Source of the DNA: an uncultured Solirubrobacterales bacterium
GTDB taxonomy: Bacteria > Actinomycetota > Thermoleophilia > Solirubrobacterales > Solirubrobacteraceae
Assembly (NCBI GenBank): GCA_963756655.1
Contig: CAVWOQ010000038.1
Span: 7,178 to 71,177 of the forward strand
DNA: 64,000 nt
Direction of reading: 5' to 3'
Below, in pieces: positions 46,026 to 56,339 of this stretch. Under the pieces are notes generated by a model. That model saw only the letters and a program-made list of their open reading frames with translations, was not told where the DNA came from and made no database searches. How positions within the stretch are numbered: position 1 is the stretch's first letter; each line of letters starts with the position of its first letter. A program made the position numbers and the translations under genes.

Positions 46026-47143
46026 CGCGCCGGCGGCTCGGTTCGACCTGCTGCCTGCTCGAGGGCGGCGGCGCCGGCCTGGGCCAGCAGCGGATCGAGC
46101 CGGTGCTGGAGCAGGAAGACCTCGAGGTCGCGCCGCGCGCGGTCCAAGCTGCCGCCGCGCGCAAATGGCCGCGAGCCGCATGCGCGCGCGGCTTCGTCGA
46201 GCAGCGCCCGGCAGGCGTCCGAAATGCAAGCGCGTGCGTGCAGGGCGACCGCCGCGAGATCCGGGCCCGACTCGTCCATCTTCCGGGCGGCCACATCGAG
46301 CCACGCGGAGATCGTCTGCTGTGCGGTCAGCATCCGCCCGGCAGCCAGTTCTTCCAGCGCTCCGCGGCTCGGCCGCGCGGCGAGCTCGTCGATCGCCGCA
46401 CCGACGGCGGTATCCGCCATCCCGGCCCATGAGGCAGCCGTTCGCAGCGCGTCGCGGCCGAACCACGGTTGCGCTGAGATGCCGCCGGGTGGGCCGAGGC
46501 GGGCGAGCACCGGCGCGTCCTCGAACACGACCCGGTGCGAGACTGACGCCCGCAAGCCATGGGACTGATACCAGCTCGGGTCGATCCCGACCCGGCGCGA
46601 GTCGCTGACGTCGACCCAGGCCGAGACCGGCGGGCCGCCGTCCTCGGGTCGCCCGAGAACCAGCGCGCGGTGAATGCCGCCGGCGCCCGAGCAGAAGGTC
46701 TTGACGCCCCGCAGGAACTGCTTGCCGCCACGTGCGATGACGGTTGCCGGCGGACCCTCGCCCGCGACCGGGTCACCGCCCCAGACGCCGGCGCGCAACT
46801 CGCAGCGACTGATCGCTGCGAGCTCACGCTCGGCGAGCTCCGGCGGGCCCTGGACGATCAGTCGTTCGATCGCGTTAAGGTGGCCGTCGAAGATCCTGCC
46901 GACCGCCCCATCGGCACGAGCGACCTCGCGGACCAGGCGCAGTTCGTCGGCGGCGGGCGGGCGTCCCCGCCCGGGTACGGCGTTGAAGGTGGTCGCCCCG
47001 GCGCGCTCGAGCTCGATGAAAGCGGCCTCGGGAAACGCCGGGCTGGGCTCGGCGTCACGCTCATGCGCTGTCTTGCGGATCCGGTGCAGCGCCGCCTCCA
47101 GGGTCATCTCCGAAGGCGCTTTGGCATGCGCGAGCCGGGTCAC
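46022..47143 (-). CDS. Acyl-CoA dehydrogenase-like protein
   Basis: GRIFDGHLNA, GVKTFCSGAG, GLRASVS, ACGSR, RDLEVFLLQ. Confidence 0.82.
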   Translation of the reverse strand: MTRLAHAKAPSEMTLEAALHRIRKTAHERDAEPSPAFPEAAFIELERAGATTFNAVPGRGRPPAADELRLVREVARADGAVGRIFDGHLNAIERLIVQGPPELAERELAAISRCELRAGVWGGDPVAGEGPPATVIARGGKQFLRGVKTFCSGAGGIHRALVLGRPEDGGPPVSAWVDVSDSRRVGIDPSWYQSHGLRASVSHRVVFEDAPVLARLGPPGGISAQPWFGRDALRTAASWAGMADTAVGAAIDELAARPSRGALEELAAGRMLTAQQTISAWLDVAARKMDESGPDLAAVALHARACISDACRALLDEAARACGSRPFARGGSLDRARRDLEVFLLQHRLDPLLAQAGAAALEQAAGRTEPPAR

Positions 47144-47712
47144 GCCAATGCCTTCAGCGAGATCCCCGACCGCTGCGCGTGGTCGATGACCAGCTTCGCG
47201 TACGCGACCGTCTCCTCGGCGCCCCTGCGGAGCGCGCCCGGACCGATGCCGTCGTGCGCGAGCACGACCGCGCCGGGCTCGAGCGACTGCCGTGTCGAGG
47301 CGAACATGTCGTCGGCGCGATCGCCGCGCCAATCGTTGGTGTCGACACTCCAGCCGACCAGCCGGAGCCTGCGCTCGTGCGCGATCTGGCACGTCCATGG
47401 AGCTATGTCGCCCCAGGGCGTTCGCCACAGAACCGGGTCGACGCCGAGGTCCGCGAGACGCTGCAAGGCTCGATCAGCGTCGCGTGCGCACCACGCCTTG
47501 TCGCGGCTGCTGTGTCGCACATGCTGGTCGCAATGCAAGCCGACGGCGTGCCCTTCGCGAACCATCCGCTCGATCAGTGCCGGGTGCGCTGGGGCGCGCG
47601 GAGCGATCACGAAGAACGTCGCCGTGGCCGCGGCCTCACCCAGGAGGTCGAGCAGCATCGGCGTATAGCGGCAATCGGGGCCGTCGTCGAAGGTCAGCGC
47701 AAGCGCCCGCAC
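47140..47712 (-). CDS. Polysaccharide deacetylase (NodB/CE4 family)
   Basis: LTFDDGP, ATFFV, LHCDQH, WRTPWG, WSVDTNDW, VLAHD; start at GTG 47712 (TTG 47721 is an alternative). Confidence 0.88.
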   Translation of the reverse strand: MRALALTFDDGPDCRYTPMLLDLLGEAAATATFFVIAPRAPAHPALIERMVREGHAVGLHCDQHVRHSSRDKAWCARDADRALQRLADLGVDPVLWRTPWGDIAPWTCQIAHERRLRLVGWSVDTNDWRGDRADDMFASTRQSLEPGAVVLAHDGIGPGALRRGAEETVAYAKLVIDHAQRSGISLKALA

Positions 47713-47721
47713 CCGGAACAA

Positions 47722-47747
47722 ATACCCGCTCGACGCCGCTTCATCAC
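47722..47747 (-). promoter_or_regulatory. Putative SigB/SigF-type promoter GTGA-N16-GGGTAT
   Basis: 9 nt upstream of GTG 47712. Confidence 0.5.
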
Positions 47748-47772
47748 GCGCGCAGCTCTAGGATCGTGATGG

Positions 47773-48426
47773 ATGCCGACCGCCGTCCTCGACATCGACG
47801 GGACGCTCGTCGACACCAACTACCACCATGCGCTGGCCTGGTTCAGGGCCCTTTGCGAGTTCGAGCTCGTGCTCCCGATCTGGCGCATCCACCGCCATCT
47901 CGGGATGGGCGGCGACCAGATGGTCGTCGCCCTGTGCGGCGATCGGGTCGAACGTGACAACGGGGATGCGATCCGCGAGGCCGAGGGAAGCCGCTACGGG
48001 GAGCTGATCGGAGAGGTGCGGACGATGGTTGGGTCGCGAGAGCTGATCCTTGCGCTCAAGGAGCGTGGACACACGGTCGTGCTCGCCAGCTCGGCCAAGG
48101 CCGACGAGGTTGAGCACTACGTCGAGCTGCTCGACGCCCGCGATCTGGTCGATGGGTGGACCACGTCGGCCGACGTCGAGTCGACCAAGCCCGCGCCTGA
48201 TCTCGTCCACGCCGCGCTCGAGCGAGTAGGCGGCGGCGCCGATCAAGCGGTGATGGTCGGCGACACCCCGTGGGATGTGAAAGCCGCCGCCGCGGCGGGG
48301 GTGCAGACGCTCACGGTGGTGACCGGTGGCTTCAGCGAGCAGGAGCTGCGCGATGCGGGCGCGGCGGCGGTGTTCGAGTCGGTCGCCGAACTCTGCGACC
48401 GACTCGACGAGACGCCGTTGCACTGA
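47773..48426 (+). CDS. HAD family hydrolase
   Basis: LDIDGTLVD, KPAPD, VGDTPWD. Confidence 0.92.
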   Translation: MPTAVLDIDGTLVDTNYHHALAWFRALCEFELVLPIWRIHRHLGMGGDQMVVALCGDRVERDNGDAIREAEGSRYGELIGEVRTMVGSRELILALKERGHTVVLASSAKADEVEHYVELLDARDLVDGWTTSADVESTKPAPDLVHAALERVGGGADQAVMVGDTPWDVKAAAAAGVQTLTVVTGGFSEQELRDAGAAAVFESVAELCDRLDETPLH

Positions 48427-48434
48427 GTGTTCTG

Positions 48435-49967
48435 CTAGGCGGGCCTTGGGCTCCGTTTGGTGGTCACCGTCGCTGCGTGCTGCACGCCGCTGCGCGCCGC
48501 GCTCGTTACTGCGGTGAGCGGTGCGGCGATGCTCTCGAGCCCTCGGCGCTCTGCCTTGACCCCGTAGACGATCTCGACCAGGCCGCCGACGATCATCAGG
48601 ATCGCACCGATGGAGAGGGCAAAGAACACGTCAGAGGTGTTGCCCGTCGGCACCAGCCGACCGAACAGCTGCGGCCCGATGATGCCGCCGATCCCCGTGC
48701 CGACCGCGTAGAACAGGGCGATCGCCAACGCGCGGGTCTCCAGCGGGAAGATCTCACTGACGGTCAGGTACGCGGCGCTCACACCTGCGGAGGCGAAGAA
48801 GAACACCACGCTCCAAGCGATCGTGAGCGTCGTCGCGTTCAGCTGATGCTGATCGAACATGTAGCCGGTGATCAGCAACAGCACGCCCGAGAGAATGTAG
48901 GTTCCCGCGATCATCGGCTTGCGGCCGACACTGTCGAACAGGGGACCGAGGATGATCGGCCCGAGCAGGTTGCCGACCGCGAACGCGACCAGGTAGTACG
49001 GCGCATCGGCGGTGGCGACGCCGAAGAAAGTGCTGAGCAGGGTCGCGTAGCCGAACAGAATCGCGTTGTAGAGGAACGCCTGGCCGATGAACAGGGCAAG
49101 GCCAAGCACGGTCCGCTTCGGGTAGGTCTTCACGATCGCGCGCGAGATCTCCCACAGGCCGATCGACTTTCGCTGCTTGATGGTGATCGTCTCGTCGGGG
49201 TCGTCGAGCTGCGCGCCGGTGCTCTCCGCCACCTGGTGTTCGATGTCCTGCGTCACCTCCTCAGCCTCGTCTTCGCGGCCGTGGATGAACAGCCAGCGAG
49301 GGCTCTCAGGGACGCTCCGGCGGACGATCAGGATCGCGGTTCCGAGGATCGCGCCGAGCCCGAAGCAGACCCTCCAGCTGAGCAACGGAGAGAAGATGTG
49401 CAGCGCCGCCACCGACAGCAGCGCGCCCGCTGCCGCCCCGAGCCAATAGGTCCCGTTGATCAGAATGTCGATCCGGCCGCGGTGTTGGGCCGGGATCAGC
49501 TCGTCGATCGCGGAGTTGATCGCCGAGTACTCGCCGCCGATACCCATTCCGGTCACGAACCGGCAGGCAAAGAAGAACAGCGGCGTCCATGCGAAGGCGG
49601 TCGCGATGGTCGCTGCCAGATAGACGCCGAGCGTGACCATGAACAGGCGCTTTCGTCCGAACATGTCGGTCAGGCGGCCGAATAACAGCGCTCCCACGCA
49701 CGCGCCCGCCACGTACATCGATGCCGCCCAGCCAGCGATGTCGGCGGCAGAGATGTTGATGCCACTGCCCTTGGCGGAGATTGCCCCCGCGATCGAGCCG
49801 ACGACCGTCACCTCAAGACCATCGAGAATCCAGACCGTTCCCAGCCCGATGAGGATCTTCCAATGCCAGCTCGACCACGGCAACCTGTCCAGCCGTGCCG
49901 GGATATTGGTCTCAATGGTCCCTAGTTCGTGGCCCGTGCCCGTGCGTGTGGCTGTAGCTGTCGCCAT
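48435..49967 (-). CDS. MFS transporter (sugar/organic-ion type)
   Basis: ARLDRLPWS, DMFGRKRLF, GIGGEYSAINSAIDE, VPESPRWL, SEIFPLETRA. Confidence 0.92.
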   Translation of the reverse strand: MATATATRTGTGHELGTIETNIPARLDRLPWSSWHWKILIGLGTVWILDGLEVTVVGSIAGAISAKGSGINISAADIAGWAASMYVAGACVGALLFGRLTDMFGRKRLFMVTLGVYLAATIATAFAWTPLFFFACRFVTGMGIGGEYSAINSAIDELIPAQHRGRIDILINGTYWLGAAAGALLSVAALHIFSPLLSWRVCFGLGAILGTAILIVRRSVPESPRWLFIHGREDEAEEVTQDIEHQVAESTGAQLDDPDETITIKQRKSIGLWEISRAIVKTYPKRTVLGLALFIGQAFLYNAILFGYATLLSTFFGVATADAPYYLVAFAVGNLLGPIILGPLFDSVGRKPMIAGTYILSGVLLLITGYMFDQHQLNATTLTIAWSVVFFFASAGVSAAYLTVSEIFPLETRALAIALFYAVGTGIGGIIGPQLFGRLVPTGNTSDVFFALSIGAILMIVGGLVEIVYGVKAERRGLESIAAPLTAVTSAARSGVQHAATVTTKRSPRPA

Positions 49968-50097
49968 TGTCGACCTCCTTGGTGTTGCCCCGACAACGGG
50001 GTGCTACCCGAGTCCCGCGGCAGACATGCGGCGGCGCTGTGTCACAGATCGGACCGATTGACAGCGCTCCGACTAAGGGTCACTTGAGGGCGCGGGC

Positions 50098-50122
50098 GTG
50101 TACGGGCGGCCAGTACGGGTAG
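50098..50122 (+). promoter_or_regulatory. Putative SigB/SigF-type promoter GTGT-N15-GGGTAG
   Basis: 60 nt upstream of the PfpI-family gene. Confidence 0.45.
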
Positions 50123-50182
50123 TGCCAGGGCGTAGCGATCACCGCGCAGCACAGCGAGCCGCACGAACACGATTGGAGCCCA

Positions 50183-50768
50183 ATGGCCGACTCACTGACG
50201 GACAAGAAGATCGCGATCATCGCGACCGACGGCGTCGAGCAGGTCGATCTCGTCAAGCCGCGCGAGGCGGTCGAGCAGGCCGGGGCCGACACCGAGCTGC
50301 TGTCGCTCAACAAGGGCGAGATCCAGGCGATGAACCACGACCTCGAGCCGGCCGACAAGCTTCCCGTCGACAAGCGGGTCGCCGATGCCTCGGCGGCCGA
50401 CTACGACGGCCTGATCCTCCCGGGCGGCAGCCGTCAACGCCGACAAGCTGCGGCTCGACGGCGACGTGATCTCGTTCGTGACCGACTACTTCAAGTCCGG
50501 CAAGCCCGTCGGGGTGATCTGTCACGGACCGTGGACGCTCGTCGAGGCCGACCTCATACGCGGACGGATGCTGACCTCGTATGCGAGCCTTCGCACCGAC
50601 ATCCGCAACGCCGGTGGCGAGCCGGTCGACGAGGAGGTCGTCGTCGATCAGGGACTCGTGTCATCGCGCGACCCGGAGGACCTGCCGGCGTTCTGCGCGA
50701 GGATCGTCGACGAGTTCGCCGCGGGCACGCACGACGTCGCGAGCGCCGGGGCGACGGCCAGCTCGTGA
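50183..50768 (+). CDS. PfpI/DJ-1 family protein (type 1 glutamine amidotransferase domain), frameshift at about 50430
   Basis: IATDGVEQV, YDGLILPGG, then NADKLR, GVICHGPW, SSRDPEDLPAF. Confidence 0.88.
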
Positions 50769-50769
50769 C

Positions 50770-51270
50770 TCAACCGCGCTCGCGGAGGCGCCGCTGTGAC
50801 GCGTCGATCTCCGCCAGCGCCTCCTCCCGCGAGTGCCAGCCGCCGACCTCGACGAACTTGCGCGGCTCGAGCTCCTTGTAGATCGAGAAGAACTGCTCGA
50901 TCTCGGCGCGCAGCAGAGCGGGCAGGTCCTCGATGCGGTCGTAGCCGTTCCAGTACGGGTCGTGGTACGGCACGCACAGGATCTTGTCGTCGGGGCCCTT
51001 CTCGTCGGCCATCGCGAACATGCCGATCGCCTTGACCGGGATCAGGCAGCCCGGAAAAGTCGGCTCGGTCAGGCACACGAGGGCGTCGAGCGGATCGCCG
51101 TCCTCGGCGAGCGTGCCGCGCAGGTAGCCGTAGTCGGTCGGATAGGTGGCGGCGCTCATCAGGAGGCGATCGAACTTGATCCCACCGAGCTCAGGGTCGA
51201 ACTCGTACTTGTTGCGGCTCCCCTTCGGGATCTCGACGACACACACGAGCTGGGAATGAGCGGCGTCCAC
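50770..51270 (-). CDS. ppa: Inorganic pyrophosphatase (family I)
   Basis: EIPKGSRNKYE, YPTDYG, DGDPLD, DEKGPDDK, IEQFFSIYKELE. Confidence 0.95.
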   Translation of the reverse strand: MDAAHSQLVCVVEIPKGSRNKYEFDPELGGIKFDRLLMSAATYPTDYGYLRGTLAEDGDPLDALVCLTEPTFPGCLIPVKAIGMFAMADEKGPDDKILCVPYHDPYWNGYDRIEDLPALLRAEIEQFFSIYKELEPRKFVEVGGWHSREEALAEIDASQRRLRERG

Positions 51271-51366
51271 CGGCTCGTGATCCTACGGCTTAGCTGCGCG
51301 CGGAGCGGGTAGAGCTGATCGCCTGGGCCGAACGGGAGTTGCTGCCCGCGCTCCGCTCGCTCTGAT

Positions 51367-51790
51367 TCAAGCGGGGACGCCCTCGTCGTAGCGAGGCACC
51401 CCGTCGTCGGGGAGCGTGTCCCACGGCGGCATCGAACTGACCCAGATGTGCCAGCGCGGCTCGATCTGAGGCATCGGGTCGAGCGTCCCGGGACGGATGC
51501 CGATCGGGCCGTCGCCGTCGAGCTCGCCCGCGAACAAATGCGTCCCACACAGGCCGCAGAACCACTTCGGGTTGCCGGTCTCAGGGCGCCACACCCGCAG
51601 TTCGTCGGCGCCGCCGGAGATCGTCACCGCCGCGCGCGGCACGCGACCCAGAAGGCTCGACGTCTGGCCGGTTCTGGTCTGACAGCGCTCTGCAGTGGCA
51701 GCGGCCGGCGTCCATGAACGGGGGCTGGACCGTGAATTGGATCGCGCCGCAGAGGCAGCGCCCGCTGTACGCATCTTGCGACGCGGCCAT
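51367..51790 (-). CDS. GFA (glutathione-dependent formaldehyde-activating/CENP-V) family protein, frameshift at about 51690
   Basis: GRCLCGAIQF, CHC..CQ, FCGLCGT, WHIWVSS. Confidence 0.85.
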
Positions 51791-52827
51791 CATCCCAGCG
51801 GCTTCTCGGCGTGTCCGCCGAAGCCCTTGCGCATCGCCGACAGCAGCTTGTCGGCGAACTCCTCGAGCCCGCGCGACGCAAAGCGCGAATAGAGCGCGGT
51901 CGTCAGCACCGGGGCGGGCACGCCGACATCGATCGCCGCGATCGACGTCCAGCGGCCCTCGCCGGAGTCCGACACGCGGCCCGTGAACTCATCGAGCGTC
52001 GGCGACGCGTACAGCGCCTCGGCGGTCAGATCCAAAAGCCACGACGAGATGACGCTGCCGCGACGCCAGAGCTCGGCGACCTCGGTCGTATCGATCGTGT
52101 ACTGGTAGTACTCGGGCGACTCCATCGGCGTGGTCTCGGCGTCCATCTCCTGCTGGCGCTTGCCGGCGTCGGCGTTCTTGATGATGTTCATGCCTTCGGC
52201 GTAGGCGGCCATCAGGCCGTACTCGATGCCGTTGTGGACCATCTTCACGAAGTGGCCCGCGCCGTTAGGCCCGCAGTGGTAGTACCCGTGCTCGGCGGGC
52301 GTCGGATCTCCCTCGCGGCCGGGCGTCCGGGGAGCAGCGTCGACGCCGGGAGCGATCGACGCGAAGATCGGGTCGAGGCGCTCGACCGGCTCGTCCTCGC
52401 CACCGATCATCAGGCAGAAGCCGCGCTCGAAGCCCCAGATGCCGCCGCTCGTGCCGACGTCGATGTGATGGATGCCCTTCTCCCTCAACGCCGCCGCGTG
52501 ACGCATGTCGTCGTGGTAGTAGGTGTTGCCGCCGTCGATGATCGTGTCGCCCGGCTCGAGCACTTCGGCCAGCTCGGCGATCGTCTCGTCGGTGATCTCG
52601 CCTGCGGGGACCATCACCCACGCCGCGCGCGGCTTCTCGAGCTTGGCGGCGAAGTCCTTCAGCGACCCGGCGCCGACGGCGCCGTTTGCCTCGACCGCCT
52701 TGACGGCGTCGGGAGAGACGTCGTAGGCGACACAGCGGTGTCCATCGGCCATCAGGCGCCGGACGAGGCCGGCTCCCATCCGGCCGAGGCCCACCATTCC
52801 GAGTTGCATCGGTGTCTCCGTGGCCAC
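51790..52827 (-). CDS. gnd: 6-phosphogluconate dehydrogenase (decarboxylating, short NAD-type)
   Basis: GLGRMG, DGGN, GTSGGIWG, GHFVKMVHNGIEY, DSGEGRW, GFGGH. Confidence 0.95.
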   Translation of the reverse strand: MATETPMQLGMVGLGRMGAGLVRRLMADGHRCVAYDVSPDAVKAVEANGAVGAGSLKDFAAKLEKPRAAWVMVPAGEITDETIAELAEVLEPGDTIIDGGNTYYHDDMRHAAALREKGIHHIDVGTSGGIWGFERGFCLMIGGEDEPVERLDPIFASIAPGVDAAPRTPGREGDPTPAEHGYYHCGPNGAGHFVKMVHNGIEYGLMAAYAEGMNIIKNADAGKRQQEMDAETTPMESPEYYQYTIDTTEVAELWRRGSVISSWLLDLTAEALYASPTLDEFTGRVSDSGEGRWTSIAAIDVGVPAPVLTTALYSRFASRGLEEFADKLLSAMRKGFGGHAEKPLG

Positions 52828-52852
52828 TGTCAGCTCCTTTGAGCGCGCTTTG

Positions 52853-54499
52853 TCATTGAGTTCGCAGCTTGCGGTAGCGCCGAATCAGCGCGTTAGTCGA
52901 ACTGTCGTGCTGCAGGTCCGGATCGTCGACGGATTCGAGCTCCGGGATGATCCGCTTCGCCAGCACCTTGCCCAGCTCGACGCCCCACTGGTCAAACGAG
53001 TTGATGTTCCAGATCGTGCCCTGGGTGAAGACGCTGTGCTCGTAGAGCGCCACCAGCGCCCCGAGCGTGCGCGGCGTCAACCGCTCGGCAAGGATCACGT
53101 TCGTCGGCCGGTTGCCCTCGAACACCCGGTGCGGAACGACCGCCTCGGGCGTGCCCTCCGCGCGGACCTCCTGGGCTGTCTTGCCGAACGCGAGCGCCTC
53201 GGCCTGCGCGAACACGTTTGACATCAGCAGGTCCTGATGGTCGCGGATCGGGTTGAGGTTCTTGCCGAACCCGATCAGGTCGACCGGGATCAGCTTCGTG
53301 CCCTGGTGGATCAGCTGGTAGAAGCTGTGCTGGCCGTTGGTGCCCGGCTCGCCCCAGTAGACGGCCCCGGTCTGGTAGTTGACCTCGGTCCCGTCGAGCC
53401 TCACGTACTTGCCGTTGGACTCCATCGTCAGCTGCTGCAGGTATGCGGGAAACCTCTTCAGATACTGGCTGTAGGGCATCACGCCGACCGTCTGGGCGAG
53501 GAAGAAGTCGCCGTACCAGACCGCCAGCAACCCCATCAGGACCGGGAGGTTGCGCTCGAACGGCGTCGTCCGGAAGTGGACGTCGATCTCGTGGAAGCCG
53601 GCCAGCAGCTCGCGGAAGCCGTCGGGCCCGACCGCCAGCATCGTCGACAGGCCGATCGCCGAGTCCATCGAGTAGCGGCCCCCGACCCAGTCCCAGAAAC
53701 CGAACATGTTCTGGGTATCGATCCCGAAGCTCGCCACCTCGCGCTCGTTGGTCGAGACCGCGACGAAGTGCCTGGCGACCGCCGACTCGTCGCCCAGCGC
53801 CGCCAGCGCCCAGTCGCGGGCCGTGTGCGCGTTGGTCATCGTCTCGAGCGTCGTGAACGTCTTCGAGGAGACGATGAACAGCGTCTCCTCGGCGTCGAGG
53901 TCGCGGGTCGCCTCGGCGAAGTCGGTCGAGTCGACGTTCGAGACGAAGCGGAAGGTCAGGTCGCGCCGCGTGTAGTGGCGCAGCGCCTCATAGGCCATCA
54001 CCGGTCCGAGGTCGGAGCCACCGATACCGATGTTGACGACGTTGCGGATCGGCTTGCCGGTGTGGCCCTTCCAGTCGCCCGACCGGACGCGGTCGGCGAA
54101 CGCGGACATCCGATCCAGAACCTCGTGCACCTCGGCGACCACGTCGACGCCGTCGACCACCAGCGACTCGCCCTTCGGCATCCGCAGCGCGACGTGCAGG
54201 ACGGAGCGGTTCTCGGTCGTGTTGATCCTGTCGCCGCGGAACATCGCGTCGATCCGCTCGCGCAGCGCCGACTCCTCGGCCAGCTTGAGCAGCAGCGCGA
54301 CCGTCTCGTCGGTGATCCGGTTCTTCGAATAATCGAGGTACAGCCCGGCCGCCTCCGCCGTCAGACGCTTGCCCCTGGCCGGGTCGTCGGCGAACAGTTC
54401 GCGCAGGTGAACGGGCTCGAGTTCGGCGTGGTGCTTCTTCAGCGCCTGCCAGGCCGCCCGATCGCGGAGGGGGGTCATGGTCGTTTCGCTCGTGCTCAT
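52853..54499 (-). CDS. pgi: Glucose-6-phosphate isomerase
   Basis: [55 protein letters not shown]. Confidence 0.97.
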   Translation of the reverse strand: MSTSETTMTPLRDRAAWQALKKHHAELEPVHLRELFADDPARGKRLTAEAAGLYLDYSKNRITDETVALLLKLAEESALRERIDAMFRGDRINTTENRSVLHVALRMPKGESLVVDGVDVVAEVHEVLDRMSAFADRVRSGDWKGHTGKPIRNVVNIGIGGSDLGPVMAYEALRHYTRRDLTFRFVSNVDSTDFAEATRDLDAEETLFIVSSKTFTTLETMTNAHTARDWALAALGDESAVARHFVAVSTNEREVASFGIDTQNMFGFWDWVGGRYSMDSAIGLSTMLAVGPDGFRELLAGFHEIDVHFRTTPFERNLPVLMGLLAVWYGDFFLAQTVGVMPYSQYLKRFPAYLQQLTMESNGKYVRLDGTEVNYQTGAVYWGEPGTNGQHSFYQLIHQGTKLIPVDLIGFGKNLNPIRDHQDLLMSNVFAQAEALAFGKTAQEVRAEGTPEAVVPHRVFEGNRPTNVILAERLTPRTLGALVALYEHSVFTQGTIWNINSFDQWGVELGKVLAKRIIPELESVDDPDLQHDSSTNALIRRYRKLRTQ

Positions 54500-55407
54500 C
54501 GAGACACCTCCGGTCGACTGGTCAGTGCGGGCGCCGCGACGATCTCGGTTGCGACCGCTCGAGCGCCGTGACGACCAAACGCGATCGTATAGTGGTTGCA
54601 GTCCGGGACCTGGCTCGCGCGGCGCCGGTCGGGATCCGCCGCCGCCCACTCCTCGACGAGCGCCAAAGGCTGCATCGGGTGGGGGTCATCGACCATCCCG
54701 CGCGGAGCGCACAGCAGCATCGCGGGGAGCGCGAGGGAGTGCGCGTCGTCGACCGCGAACAGATCGATTCCATCGACGCGGACCGATTCCGGATTGACCG
54801 ACGAATGAAGCTCGGGCGGCTCGCCCTCGAGATCGTGGTCGGCGTATTCGGCGAGCTCGTCGGGATCGACGTCGGAGTGGGCGAACGCCGGGTGCTGAGC
54901 CCACCACGCCCGGTAGTCCTCCCAGTCTGGGAACGTCATCTGCAGGCGCGCGAGCGCCGGTCCCAGAAACGCCTCGAGGAACCGCTCAGGGTCGGCACCG
55001 TCGCTCGCGGGGATCGTCAGCCCGCCGTCGACCAGGACCAGGCTGGCGACGCGATCCGGTTGCGCGGTGGCGAGCGCGGCCGCGATGTAGGCCCCGAGTG
55101 AGTGGCCGACGACCACGGCGCTTCGAAGGCCGAAGTGATCGAGCACGGCGGCCATGTCGCGCACGTGCGCGGGGATTCCGAACGGCCCGGGGAGCCGGCT
55201 GCTGCGCCCGCGCCCGCGCAGATCGACCGCGATCAGCGCCGCCGAGTCGCCCAGCGCCTTGCCGATCGCGAGCCACGAGCGACTGCTCGAGGTGATGCCG
55301 TGGATCGCGAGCGCGACAGGCGCCTCGGGACGCAGACTGCCGAGCCTGAAGGTCGCGAGCGTCCCGCCCTCGACCGGCACATCGACCCGCGCGGCGAGGT
55401 CAGTCAC
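54496..55407 (-). CDS. Alpha/beta hydrolase
   Basis: IHGITSS, DLRGRG, GHSLG, NHYTI. Confidence 0.88.
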   Translation of the reverse strand: MTDLAARVDVPVEGGTLATFRLGSLRPEAPVALAIHGITSSSRSWLAIGKALGDSAALIAVDLRGRGRSSRLPGPFGIPAHVRDMAAVLDHFGLRSAVVVGHSLGAYIAAALATAQPDRVASLVLVDGGLTIPASDGADPERFLEAFLGPALARLQMTFPDWEDYRAWWAQHPAFAHSDVDPDELAEYADHDLEGEPPELHSSVNPESVRVDGIDLFAVDDAHSLALPAMLLCAPRGMVDDPHPMQPLALVEEWAAADPDRRRASQVPDCNHYTIAFGRHGARAVATEIVAAPALTSRPEVSR

Positions 55408-56335
55408 GGGCGAGCGCTTCATCGGGCGCGGGCTCGGCGAGCTCCTCGGGTTCGACGTGCTCGGCGGTCGCCGCGAACGGACGCGCGTACACCAGCCAAG
55501 CGACCGCGCCCGCGAGCAGCATTGCGCACAGGATCCAGCCGAGCGCCGTGGTCCCGACGCCGACGTACTTGAGGCCCGAGGCGAAGATCACGAACGCGAT
55601 CCCCGGGCGGATGTAGCGGTCTGGGACGGTCGAAGACAGCAGCGACCCGACAAGCACCCCGGGCACACTGCCGAGGATCAGCGAGCCGGTCACCGACAAC
55701 TCGACGTGGCCGAACGCCAGCGCGCCGAGCGCCGCGGCGAGCGTCAGCGGAACGGCCTGCGTGAGGTCGGTTCCGACGAGCTGGTTGGCGCCGAGCATCG
55801 GGTAGACGAACAGCAGTCCGACGATCATCAGCGAGCCTGATCCGACCGAGGTCATGCCGACGATCAGCCCGCCGATGATCCCGATCGCGAGCGTCGGCAG
55901 CGGACGGGTGTGGACATCGGCGACGAATGCCGTCCGGGCGTGGCCACGGTGGCGGTCGAGCGCGAATCGCAGCGCCATCGCCCCGGCGCCGATCAGCAAT
56001 GCGGCTCCGAGGAACACCTCGATCGTGCTCTCGGCCGACTTGGCGTCGCCCATCAGATGGAGCAGGTATGCGCCGAGGAACGCGGCCGGCACAGAGCCGA
56101 GCACCATCCACCGCACGAGCTTGAGGTTGACCGTCCCAGCCCGCATGTGCACGGCGGCTCCGATCGGCCGCATCACGACCGCGGCGACGAGGTCGCTCGA
56201 GATCGCCGTCGACGGCGTGATCCCGAACAGCAGGATCAGCATCGGCGTCATCAGCGCGCCCCCACCGGCGCCGGTCATGCCAACGAGCAGGCCGACGACC
56301 GCGCTGCCGAGGACGATGTAGGGGTCAATGTGCAT
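55400..56335 (-). CDS. Sulfite exporter TauE/SafE family (TSUP)
   Basis: GMTGAGGGALMTP, GMTSVGSGSL, LVGTDL. Confidence 0.92.
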   Translation of the reverse strand: MHIDPYIVLGSAVVGLLVGMTGAGGGALMTPMLILLFGITPSTAISSDLVAAVVMRPIGAAVHMRAGTVNLKLVRWMVLGSVPAAFLGAYLLHLMGDAKSAESTIEVFLGAALLIGAGAMALRFALDRHRGHARTAFVADVHTRPLPTLAIGIIGGLIVGMTSVGSGSLMIVGLLFVYPMLGANQLVGTDLTQAVPLTLAAALGALAFGHVELSVTGSLILGSVPGVLVGSLLSSTVPDRYIRPGIAFVIFASGLKYVGVGTTALGWILCAMLLAGAVAWLVYARPFAATAEHVEPEELAEPAPDEALARD

Positions 56336-56339
56336 GTCG

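Noticed and set aside
51285-51312. GGGTAG box on the plus strand after ppa
   Set aside because: Poor -35 element and no plus-strand gene downstream. It shows that isolated GGGTAG matches arise by chance, so it was not counted.
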